A stretch of 64,000 nucleotides of DNA from an uncultured Bacteroidales bacterium (GTDB taxonomy: Bacteria > Bacteroidota > Bacteroidia > Bacteroidales > CHK158-818): NCBI GenBank assembly GCA_949300615.1, contig CASGEW010000001.1, positions 8,375-72,374 of the forward strand. The letters are read 5' to 3'. Positions 10,328 to 19,243 of the stretch are shown in pieces (position 1 is the first letter of the stretch; every line of letters begins with the position of its first letter). The notes under the pieces were generated by a model. That model was given only the letters and a program-made list of their open reading frames with translations, was not told where the DNA came from and searched no databases. Both the position numbers and the translations under genes were made by a program.

Positions 10328-11254
10328 ATGGACGATTTTTCTGTTTCCATATTAGGTTGCGGTGCTGCATTGCCCACATCGCGACACTATCCATCCTCCC
10401 AGGTAGTCCATTACAGGGAATCTCTTTATATGATCGACTGCGGAGAAGGGTGTCAATCGCAATTCAGGAAGATGGGATTAAAGATCTGCCGGTTAAATCA
10501 CATTTTTTTATCCCACCTGCATGGAGATCACTGCCTGGGATTACCCGGATTAATCTCCACTATGGGACTATTGGGACGAACTTCGACTCTTACCATACAC
10601 GCCCACCGGGATGCCGAACGATTGTTCGTCCCCATGATTGAATACCTCTGCAAACAGCTACCCTTTTCATTGGAATTCCATGCCATAGAGCCGCAAAAAC
10701 ACGAGGTCATTTACGAAACTCAGACATTAAAGGTACTGACTATCCCGTTGAAACACCGAATACCTACATGCGGTTTCTTGTTTGAAGAAAAAGAGAAGGA
10801 ACGGCATATGCTGCCCGATGTAGTCAAGTTCTACCAGATACCCCACTACCAGATCGGCAACATCAAAAAAGGGGCCGATTTCACCCTGCCCGACGGAACG
10901 GTGATACCCAACCAGCGGCTGACTCGCGATGCCGAACCCGTCAGGCGGTATGCCTACTGCTCGGATACGTTGTATCAAGAAAAGATCATCCCCTATATCC
11001 AATCGGCAGACCTGCTGTACCACGAGGCCACCTACGGAAAAGAGTGGGAAAAGAGAGCCAAAGAGACATTCCATTCGACAGCTGCACAAGCGGCCACAAT
11101 AGCCCGTCAGGCTGAGGTAAAAAACCTTATCATCGGACATTTCTCCGCCCGATACAAAGACAACGAATCGTCTCTTTTGCAGGAAGCCCAAACAATCTTT
11201 CCCTCCACATCACTGTGCAAAGAGGGATTGACCTTCAAGATTGGCGACAAATAG
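10328..11254 (+). CDS. rnz: Ribonuclease Z
   Basis: LGCGAALP, DCGEG, SHLHGDH (HxHxDH), CSDT, HEAT, HST and GHFSARY motifs. Confidence 0.95.
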   Translation: MDDFSVSILGCGAALPTSRHYPSSQVVHYRESLYMIDCGEGCQSQFRKMGLKICRLNHIFLSHLHGDHCLGLPGLISTMGLLGRTSTLTIHAHRDAERLFVPMIEYLCKQLPFSLEFHAIEPQKHEVIYETQTLKVLTIPLKHRIPTCGFLFEEKEKERHMLPDVVKFYQIPHYQIGNIKKGADFTLPDGTVIPNQRLTRDAEPVRRYAYCSDTLYQEKIIPYIQSADLLYHEATYGKEWEKRAKETFHSTAAQAATIARQAEVKNLIIGHFSARYKDNESSLLQEAQTIFPSTSLCKEGLTFKIGDK

Positions 11255-11304
11255 GCCGAAAAGTTCACAAGTTTTACGCACTCTCCACAACCCGGCCATC
11301 GGTA

Positions 11305-12783
11305 TCAATACTTAATGATCTGGGCCGATGCTGTTTTGCACAGAGGCATCGCCTCTCCGGCCAAAGCATTTATATAGGTAGGATCACAAACAACATATTT
11401 CCGGTTATCTACCCGGACGTAATCGCCCGACACCGATTCATCGGAGAAACAGACTGCCGTAGCAATATGGTTGGGATAGTCGAGCAACACGACATCCAAA
11501 TTCAACAACTCCCGCACCAGATAAGCAAAAAGTACGGCCCTATCTTCACAATCGCAATATGGATAAAAGAAATTTTCCTCTATAAAAAAGGGCTTTTCGT
11601 AGCCAAACTGTTCGTGATCGGTCTTATACTCGAACGACCGCTGCACAAAACCAAGCAGCCGATTGACCGCATCCAACTCTGTTTTCCCGCTGATGTACTG
11701 CTGCAATGCCGATAACAATACACCGGAGGTACGGGTATCTACCGGTGCATACATATAAACGGGAAAATCACATTGGGGATAATCTCGATAAAAATCGATC
11801 AAAGCCTTGCTTACCGGGACAGCAACGGCGTTATCTATATCGCCGAGCTGTTTCTCTTTCACCACCATATCTTCGGATAACTGCGGTACGGACCTGATAT
11901 ACATATCCAACGGTTTGGAGGCCAATGAGAAATTCTGACGATAGGTATAAACGGCCCCCGAGGCGGTTGTCTTTTTATTTAATACAAAATATTTCTTACC
12001 CTCTATCGGCAAGTACGAATGTCCATAAATCATCACAGAGCTCGGGGCCAACAACAACAGATCATTGTCGGAACGGGCTATCTTTGCATCGTAACCCGAC
12101 TGGCAAAGCAGGAATGTCTGTAAAAAGAGCGTCTCGTTACCGTCTTCCCGATTCAATAACCTCCTGGAAACCTCACCACACAGCAGAAAATATCCCCAAT
12201 CATTCAGCTGCAACGCCTCGCGGATACCAGTACATTCGTTCAGCAACTGCCCATACGGCAAAGCCGAAAGAGTACTCCATGCAGCAGCTATTTCATTTTC
12301 CGTCAGATCGTTCAAAACAAACGGATTTCTGAGCAACGGCGTGATCGCGAAACGACGTCCGTAGAACGTTATCGGCACCTTATTGTCTGTCTCCTCCGGC
12401 GGGATTACCGGCTCTATTCCGGGGGTCTCTTGGGGAACGTCTGCCGGTTTCTCTACAATCGGTACCGTTGTATCTATATCCAATTCTTGCGGTTTGGGAT
12501 TCTCGGCATCCGGTTTTGCTACCGGAGGCGTTTCGGGTTCAGGTCGCATAGGACGTTCTTGTGGCTGTTCTGCGACAAAAGCCTCCCAGTCGCGTTTCAA
12601 AAACTCACTGAACTCTTGGTTGATTTTATCCCTGAATGCGTTGAACTCGTCAATATTTTTCTGCTTAAACTGCTTGAACGCCGCATTAAAACTATCTTCA
12701 AACTCCTTTTCGCTCTGTGCTGTCGATAAAGAAGGGATAAACACCAACCATGCCAAACCGATACAAAACGTGAATTTTTTCAT
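11305..12783 (-). CDS. Secreted protein with Pro-rich linker and C-terminal transglutaminase-like (Cys-His-Asp) domain
   Basis: Start placed at MKKFTFCIGLAWL (signal peptide). Putative triad in DCEDRA, PNHIATAV and CDPTY. Confidence 0.75.
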   Translation of the reverse strand: MKKFTFCIGLAWLVFIPSLSTAQSEKEFEDSFNAAFKQFKQKNIDEFNAFRDKINQEFSEFLKRDWEAFVAEQPQERPMRPEPETPPVAKPDAENPKPQELDIDTTVPIVEKPADVPQETPGIEPVIPPEETDNKVPITFYGRRFAITPLLRNPFVLNDLTENEIAAAWSTLSALPYGQLLNECTGIREALQLNDWGYFLLCGEVSRRLLNREDGNETLFLQTFLLCQSGYDAKIARSDNDLLLLAPSSVMIYGHSYLPIEGKKYFVLNKKTTASGAVYTYRQNFSLASKPLDMYIRSVPQLSEDMVVKEKQLGDIDNAVAVPVSKALIDFYRDYPQCDFPVYMYAPVDTRTSGVLLSALQQYISGKTELDAVNRLLGFVQRSFEYKTDHEQFGYEKPFFIEENFFYPYCDCEDRAVLFAYLVRELLNLDVVLLDYPNHIATAVCFSDESVSGDYVRVDNRKYVVCDPTYINALAGEAMPLCKTASAQIIKY

Positions 12784-12880
12784 AATATGTACTTCTTGAA
12801 AATATAAACTCCTAAGTATCTCGTCAAATTCCCAATACATATTCAATACTCATACCGACAACAACGCCTACAAACAGAAT

Positions 12881-12916
12881 AGAGCCGTACCGAACATTGC
12901 AATCCGACACAGCTCT
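12881..12916 (-). terminator. Strand-specific hairpin (terminator or mRNA stability element)
   Basis: Minus strand agagctgtgtcgga-ttgcaatg-ttcggtacggctct forms 14 bp only with G-U pairs, so it folds well only on the transcribed strand. Confidence 0.5.
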
Positions 12917-12937
12917 TGAAGAAAGATGCGAGACTTT

Positions 12938-14038
12938 TTACCATGTCAGATTCTTAAATACAATCTTTTTCTGATCGTATGTAACCGCAGGAGACTGATT
13001 ATAATAAAGACAAGGCAGTGTAATATTGGTAAATTCTGTTACCGTATCGGGTACTCCCTTTATTTTCAAACTACAACTCAATCTTACACCCTGAGGCAAT
13101 CCTAATCTTACATCAAAAGAATATCCTGCACTCACCTCATTCCCCAGATTCAGTTCTTGTACATTTGTACTGTTATATGTATTTCCTTCATTGTCATAGG
13201 CCGCAAATTGTTCGTCCCAATTATGCCTTACTGCCAATTGATAAATATCAAACGTTTCATTGTTCTGGATGGTGAAATTTACAGTCAAAACGCCATTGCT
13301 TTTAGATACTCCGGTCAATTGAACATCCAAGCCCGGGCGAGGCCCTGTTACCGTACCAGCGAACGTTCCAGTACTAACATCTCCGCCTTGGGAATCATCC
13401 AAATCTTCATCTCCCGACGAAGGCATACCGGCAGAAATCGTTACCGGTAATGACTCACCGTCTGCTATAACGGTTATAATCCCACTTACCGGACCCGTTA
13501 TCTGATCACGCAACAACGTTACGACAACTTCCGAAGTTTTTCCTGTTGCCGTAGTTCCTGAAAGGGGGGAAATTTGAATCCAGTCCAAAGCCGAAGATAT
13601 ACTCCAATTAATAGAACCGGTAGTCCCGATATTTGAGATATTAAATGAAAGGGATGTTTGTCCTGATCCAAAATTCAACGCATTGGTATTCAATTTCAAT
13701 TTTGAAGAGGCTTTTGATAATACCATATCACCCGAGGCGGTTTTGCCTACCTCCACGGTAATACGTTTGGTATTACTCTCATATCCGCTCTTAACGACTT
13801 GTACCGTATATTGTCCCGGTTGCAAATCCAAGAACTCATAGCGGCCATCGGTTCCCGTTACGGTAGATCTCCCGCCAGGGTTCAACGATACGTTAGCCGA
13901 TTTTATTGGTTCTCCATTATCCGCATCGGTTACAATACCATAGATGCTGCCGGTAACATCTTCCTCATCTTTGGCACAACCGGTAAAAGCGATAACTGTT
14001 GCGCAAAACAAACACAATACTAAAAATTTTTGTTTCAT
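12938..14038 (-). CDS. Surface lipoprotein: carboxypeptidase-regulatory-like domain, BACON/Ig-like domain and uncharacterised C-terminal domain
   Basis: Lipobox FTG-C followed by acidic AKDEED. GSIYGIVTDA...TGTDGRYEF...PGQYTVQV and WIQISPLSGT. Confidence 0.75.
   Translation of the reverse strand: MKQKFLVLCLFCATVIAFTGCAKDEEDVTGSIYGIVTDADNGEPIKSANVSLNPGGRSTVTGTDGRYEFLDLQPGQYTVQVVKSGYESNTKRITVEVGKTASGDMVLSKASSKLKLNTNALNFGSGQTSLSFNISNIGTTGSINWSISSALDWIQISPLSGTTATGKTSEVVVTLLRDQITGPVSGIITVIADGESLPVTISAGMPSSGDEDLDDSQGGDVSTGTFAGTVTGPRPGLDVQLTGVSKSNGVLTVNFTIQNNETFDIYQLAVRHNWDEQFAAYDNEGNTYNSTNVQELNLGNEVSAGYSFDVRLGLPQGVRLSCSLKIKGVPDTVTEFTNITLPCLYYNQSPAVTYDQKKIVFKNLTW
13923..14010. repeat. Copy 1 of duplicated lipoprotein 5' module
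   Basis: 13923-13951 is identical to 16773-16801 (gcatcggttacaataccatagatgctgcc). High similarity continues at offset 2850. Confidence 0.9.
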
Positions 14039-14068
14039 TTTTTCTTTATTTATCTGTAAATCGTTGCC

Positions 14069-16885
14069 TTATTCTCTTACTATTATTTGTGTGCTCTCCG
14101 GTTTAGATATGGTACAGGTAGATACATAATCTGGAAATACATAAATGGTTGCCAGAGATTCATTATTGAGGCAAGAAAGTTCCAATAATTGTTTATTATT
14201 ACTAATATCCAAAGAAGATAGTTGATTGTTTTGACAATACAAACGGCTCAATACCGTATTCAAACTTACATCTAAAACAGTTATCAGATTAGAAGAACAA
14301 TTCAAACTTTGCAAGGCTGTATTAGTTTGGATATCCAACACGGACAGATTGTTGTCAAAACAATACAAAAACGACAATAAAGAATTGTTACTTAGATCAA
14401 TAGCTGATAATTGATTGTTATTACAACCTAAATAGGATAGTGAAGAACAACCGCTTACATCCAAAAGCGGCAACAAGTTCGTTCCACAATCAAGGCTTCT
14501 CAAATTGGGATTCTCTCCCAGAGTCAATGAGGTCAATTGATTCTTACTAAAATTGCACTCTTCCAATTTCGTATTTCTACTCACATCGAGGGAACTCAAC
14601 TGATTTTGATCACAATCAAGATATGTCAATTCCGTATTTCTACTAACATCTAACTCTGATAACTGGTTGCTTGTACATTGTAACCATGTCAAAGCTGTAT
14701 TTTGAGATACATCGAGTGTGAGCAACGGATTATATCCACAACTTAACATAGATAAATTCAGGCAGTTACTTATATTGAGAGAGGATAGTTGGTTTACGTT
14801 ACATACCAACCAGGTCAGGGCTGTATTTGTACTTAAATCCAACTCTTGCAGACTATTTACGGAGCAATCCAACTCTTGTAGATTCAAAAAAACTTCAACG
14901 CCTTTCAACGAAGAAATAGACATATTTGAACACTCGATCTTAGTAACCGCTGTAATTTCTGTATCGGAGAGGGCGCCATCGGCATCCGCATCGAAATTAG
15001 ACAAAATATAAGTCCGGAAATTTGCATCAGGAAAAACCGTTGACATATCGTTCGCAGAAATACCTCCTGCGTCATTTCCATCACCGCCTTCTACTATTTG
15101 AGTAGTGGAAGGAACCGAGAGCATACAAGTCGAGGTATAATTATCAAACACATAGACTGTTGATAACGACTCGCATTGCGAACAATCTACTTCTTGCAGT
15201 TTCGTATTTGAACGAATATCCAAAACGGTCAGGCCAGTAGAACCACACTGTAAAGATTTCAATTCTACATTCTCACTAACATCAAGCGTTTCCAACAAAG
15301 GACAATTGCTACAAATTAAGGTACTCAGAATCTTGTTCCTGCTTACATCGAGTGTGGTTAAATTATGATTTATACCACAATGCAACATTACCAACTGCTC
15401 ATTATTGCTGAGATCCAGGATAGTAAGATTAGTGTTATGACAGCCCAAATCTTTTAATTCCGGATTATTACTTACATCAAGAGAACCTAACGGATTGTTT
15501 CCACAACTCAACGTTTGTAATGCTGGGAGTTTGGACACATCCATCGATGTCATTTCATAATTTTCAGAACAACTCAACTCTGTCAACAACGGATTATCCA
15601 AACTTAACGCGGTAAGTTTATTCTCCCTACAATTCAAAACTTTCAAAACCGTATTTGCGGTTATATCCAGTGTGGTTATTTGATTATAACCACAATCTAA
15701 AATCAATAATTTCGTATTGTTACTGACATCCAAAGTGGTAAGAAAATTCTCGGAACAATCTAAACTCGTCAGATTATCAAATCGTTCTATGCCTTGTAAA
15801 GAGGTCAGTTCTTGTCCGGAACAGTTCATTTCGGTTACGGCTGCTATCTCTTCGTCTGACAGCAATCCGTCTTGATTGGTATCGTAATTGGAGAGACAGA
15901 AATTCCAAAATTTTTCGTCAAAATCGTTTACGGCTCCACTCCCATCGGTTGTCAGTCGTACCGGTATCTCCAATTCTCCCATATCGGTACGAAGAACGGC
16001 TGTACAACGGTACTCGCCTGCCGATAACCCGGAAAGCTCGGCTATAAATCCTACGGTAATGGCTGTTGTCGGTGTTTCTGCATTATACGAGGGTATGGTA
16101 CCTTGCGGTTTTGTAAAACTCAACCACGTAACATCTGATTCTTTTACAAACATCTCGTAACTGGTGGCCCCATTGTACGAGTAAATCTTGACCTCTTTTT
16201 GTTGGGAGGTGAGAACAACTTCTTCCGGATCGACGGCTACATAATGCTTGTCCGGCTCTTCTTCTACTTCTTGATTGACAGTTACGTAAATGGGTAACGA
16301 CCCGCCTTCGTCGCTGATGGTTATGATTCCATTGGCCGGACCGGATACTTTGTCGCGCAATACGCTGACGACTACTTCGGTAGTCTTACCGGTTTCGGTT
16401 GTCCCGGACAACGGCGTTACGCTTATCCAATCTACGTCTCCGGCAGAAATGCGCCATTCTATACTGCCCGTTATTCCGGCATTACCTACGCCGAACGACA
16501 ACGTACTCCAATATTTCCCGAAATTCAATGAGTTGTTGGTTAGTTTCAGCTGGGAACTTGCCTGTTGCAACGTTATGTCGCCGGAGGCTTGTTCGCCTGC
16601 TACGACAGTAATCTGTTTGGTATTGCTTTCGTATTCGTTTTTGGTTACTTGAACAGTATATTGTCCCGGTGTCAATCCGGAGAACTCGTATCGGCCATCA
16701 TTGCCGGTAACAATCGACTTCCCGCTGGGGCTCAACGATACGTTGGCCGAACTGACCGGCTCGCCGGTGGCGGCATCGGTTACAATACCATAGATGCTGC
16801 CAGTAACATCTTCCTCATCCTTGGCACAACCGATAAAAGCAATAACCGTTGTGCAAAACAAGCATAATGCGATAATTCTTTTCAT
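14069..16885 (-). CDS. Surface lipoprotein: carboxypeptidase-regulatory-like and BACON/Ig-like domains plus two leucine-rich-repeat blocks
   Basis: Lipobox FIG-C AKDEED. Many ~21-aa repeats LxxLxCxxNxLxxLDVSxNxx. Confidence 0.85.
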   Translation of the reverse strand: MKRIIALCLFCTTVIAFIGCAKDEEDVTGSIYGIVTDAATGEPVSSANVSLSPSGKSIVTGNDGRYEFSGLTPGQYTVQVTKNEYESNTKQITVVAGEQASGDITLQQASSQLKLTNNSLNFGKYWSTLSFGVGNAGITGSIEWRISAGDVDWISVTPLSGTTETGKTTEVVVSVLRDKVSGPANGIITISDEGGSLPIYVTVNQEVEEEPDKHYVAVDPEEVVLTSQQKEVKIYSYNGATSYEMFVKESDVTWLSFTKPQGTIPSYNAETPTTAITVGFIAELSGLSAGEYRCTAVLRTDMGELEIPVRLTTDGSGAVNDFDEKFWNFCLSNYDTNQDGLLSDEEIAAVTEMNCSGQELTSLQGIERFDNLTSLDCSENFLTTLDVSNNTKLLILDCGYNQITTLDITANTVLKVLNCRENKLTALSLDNPLLTELSCSENYEMTSMDVSKLPALQTLSCGNNPLGSLDVSNNPELKDLGCHNTNLTILDLSNNEQLVMLHCGINHNLTTLDVSRNKILSTLICSNCPLLETLDVSENVELKSLQCGSTGLTVLDIRSNTKLQEVDCSQCESLSTVYVFDNYTSTCMLSVPSTTQIVEGGDGNDAGGISANDMSTVFPDANFRTYILSNFDADADGALSDTEITAVTKIECSNMSISSLKGVEVFLNLQELDCSVNSLQELDLSTNTALTWLVCNVNQLSSLNISNCLNLSMLSCGYNPLLTLDVSQNTALTWLQCTSNQLSELDVSRNTELTYLDCDQNQLSSLDVSRNTKLEECNFSKNQLTSLTLGENPNLRSLDCGTNLLPLLDVSGCSSLSYLGCNNNQLSAIDLSNNSLLSFLYCFDNNLSVLDIQTNTALQSLNCSSNLITVLDVSLNTVLSRLYCQNNQLSSLDISNNKQLLELSCLNNESLATIYVFPDYVSTCTISKPESTQIIVRE
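16773..16860. repeat. Copy 2 of duplicated lipoprotein 5' module
   Basis: Direct repeat of 13923-14010 with scattered substitutions. Confidence 0.9.
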
Positions 16886-17023
16886 GATTTTTTTATTATT
16901 GTGAGCTAAATCTTACACGAAAATGTATTTCTCTCGTCATAACAAGTTTCTACCATTCATGGCGAGAGATACATCCGTCGGATATTTTCTATCCGTTCCA
17001 AAATCTATACTGCTATTATTGTA

Positions 17024-17917
17024 TTACTTTGAATTAAATTGATACGCCATATTCACTCCGTTATAAAACGGCGAAGAGATGGGGTTGATGGATAAATTAC
17101 CATTTTTCTTTTTTATGATTACCCGTTTAGCTCCATTGGCTGCTATGGCATCGACAAGGTTATAAACGTACAAGGCTGCAGCCCCACCAATACAGATATT
17201 CCGAATATTTTCACAATTATCGGCCTTGGTATTGTATGTCTTTATATGCTGAGGTTGCTCTTTCATCTTTTTCTTATAAGACGCTCTCAGATTCTCGGCG
17301 GCGATAATACCTGCAACAAATGCAGCCTCTCCTCCCAATATCAAACCTCCTTTCAGGTAACTGCCTTTGTACATCTGGCCCCATCCGGGAATGACTAACG
17401 AACGGACAAACCCTCGTGCCCCATAACGGGTAGAGACCGAAATATCGTCGCAATTGGTATCGCCCCCCTCCTTGTTTGCTACGGCATAAAGTACATTACA
17501 ACGGTAATTACCATCCTTGTATGTCCAATATTCATCTATTTTCCGGGAATCGATGCTGAACGTACGTCCATCTTCTTTATACTCGAACGAATACTGTGTT
17601 TGGATGTGCGAATCCTGGTCATCGAGAACCGTCTCCTGCCCAGAGAGCGTACTGCTAACGGTGATACCCCGATTATGCTCCAAGAAATCGGTCAGGTCTT
17701 TCATGCAACTTTGACGGGCCTCGCTTAGATTACGTCCTTCTCCGATGGTACGGAGCAATGAATATAACGGAGTTTTAGCCTCAGGCAATTTCTGTGTCAA
17801 CCACTTGGGTTTTAGCGGATCGGAGCTCTTTTGAGCCGACAAACAGACAGGCATAACAATAAAAGAGAAAAATAGCCATACTATTCTCCGGGCAATGATA
17901 CGATTCATCGTAACCAT
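17024..17917 (-). CDS. Exported protein, LPP20-like N-terminal region plus DUF5683-like hydrophobic C-terminal region
   Basis: Signal peptide, PKWL...GEGRNLSEARQ, then RSLVIPGWGQMYKG and YVYNLVDA. Ends with an aromatic beta-strand-like MAYQF. Confidence 0.6.
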   Translation of the reverse strand: MVTMNRIIARRIVWLFFSFIVMPVCLSAQKSSDPLKPKWLTQKLPEAKTPLYSLLRTIGEGRNLSEARQSCMKDLTDFLEHNRGITVSSTLSGQETVLDDQDSHIQTQYSFEYKEDGRTFSIDSRKIDEYWTYKDGNYRCNVLYAVANKEGGDTNCDDISVSTRYGARGFVRSLVIPGWGQMYKGSYLKGGLILGGEAAFVAGIIAAENLRASYKKKMKEQPQHIKTYNTKADNCENIRNICIGGAAALYVYNLVDAIAANGAKRVIIKKKNGNLSINPISSPFYNGVNMAYQFNSK

Positions 17918-17922
17918 ATTTT

Positions 17923-18486
17923 TTATTGATTTTCTTTTTTGTATTTAGCCAACTCGGCTTCAAACTCCTTCTTGAAACGAGCTTCGTCAAAATCGATACG
18001 AAGTTTTTCGTCTTCGGATATTTTTTCGGCAATCTTATCTGCAATATTACCGGGCATCTCTACACAAACATGGGCTTCGTAAAAATTACGATCGGGTATC
18101 TCATACACATTAGAACAAACAATACGGCTATTTTTCAATTCATTCTCGGCAATGACCATACCTAATTGTTCTACTTTACCCTTGTTCTCTATTGCTGTCT
18201 GGTTCTCATACTGCTGGTCGTACACTTTTGAACCAGCTTTTACCCCGGCAGCCACGATACGCGACAACTCCATGCGCGCATATACGGCCGCCTGATCCTT
18301 GGCAAATTGTAATTTATGGCTGGATGCTGTTCCATAAGCTCTCTTCTCGGGAGCTTCAAGCGCCAATACTTCACATTCGTTTTGTTCTACTTTAACTTTC
18401 TTGTTTGTTGTCGTTTTAGATGATCCGCACGATGAAAAGATAACCGCACTCCCTGCAATTATCAATAACAATAATAACTTCTTCAT
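17923..18486 (-). CDS. LPP20-like lipoprotein
   Basis: Start placed at MKKLLLLL. Lipobox FSS-C, RAYGTASS...AKDQAAVYARMEL and C-terminal KLRIDFDEARFKKEF. Confidence 0.6.
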   Translation of the reverse strand: MKKLLLLLIIAGSAVIFSSCGSSKTTTNKKVKVEQNECEVLALEAPEKRAYGTASSHKLQFAKDQAAVYARMELSRIVAAGVKAGSKVYDQQYENQTAIENKGKVEQLGMVIAENELKNSRIVCSNVYEIPDRNFYEAHVCVEMPGNIADKIAEKISEDEKLRIDFDEARFKKEFEAELAKYKKENQ

Positions 18487-18649
18487 AAAATATCTGATTT
18501 TTCTACAAAAAAACTTTTTACAAAAGAACAAAATTTATCTGATACACCAAACACTTTATGACTTTTTTTCGAGAAAAGAAACAAAAAGACAGACAAATTT
18601 GTAATAATATAACGACCAAATTTCTTTTATAGTCGTATCTTTATATACT

Positions 18650-19003
18650 ATGAAAACACTTAACATATACATCGGGAAAATTATCGCCAAAATAATGGTC
18701 GAAAAAAAAATAACAAAGGCAGAACTCGCCAGAAGACTAAACGTTAGGCCTCAAAGCGTAGATTATATGTTAAGTCGAAAAAGTATCGATACAGATACTC
18801 TATACAAAGTTTCACAAGCATTGGATTATGACTTTGCTCAATTCTATACATTAAGCAAAAAACAGATAAATTTTGACACACAGAAAAAAACCGAAAACCC
18901 GATAAAGGCTCGATTGGTGGTAGAAATTGAACTCGACAACGACGATTTGCAAAAGTTAAACATAAACAATAAATTACATAATGTTTTGACGGATAAAGAA
19001 TAG
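18650..19003 (+). CDS. XRE/Cro-C1 family HTH transcriptional regulator, divergent from the lipoprotein operon
   Basis: ITKAELARRLNVRPQSVDYML HTH, followed by SIDTDTLYKVSQALDYDF. Confidence 0.85.
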   Translation: MKTLNIYIGKIIAKIMVEKKITKAELARRLNVRPQSVDYMLSRKSIDTDTLYKVSQALDYDFAQFYTLSKKQINFDTQKKTENPIKARLVVEIELDNDDLQKLNINNKLHNVLTDKE

Positions 19004-19243
19004 ATGAACTCTCATCCTCTCTATACTAAAAACAACCCCCATAACCAACCACAACAGATACCATTTCTTAAACAGGATACTCTTTCCTCAGAAAGAGATT
19101 TTATTCATTTAACAGAACGTTTGATTTTTAGAAAAAAAAGTTCAAAGTTTCGGGTCAATGAACAAGTTTAAATGCCAACAGTTGGACAATTCGCCGTTTT
19201 ATTATAATTTCGCCACTGGTCGAATTTTAATTTACAACATAAA

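Noticed and set aside
14069-15900. CRISPR-like or DGR-like periodicity
   Set aside because: The ~63-nt periodicity is explained by LRR coding repeats. No identical repeats with spacers and no reverse transcriptase were seen.
18487-18531. Upstream starts for 17923-18531 and 11305-12846
   Set aside because: Signal peptides begin at the internal MKK starts (18486 and 12783).
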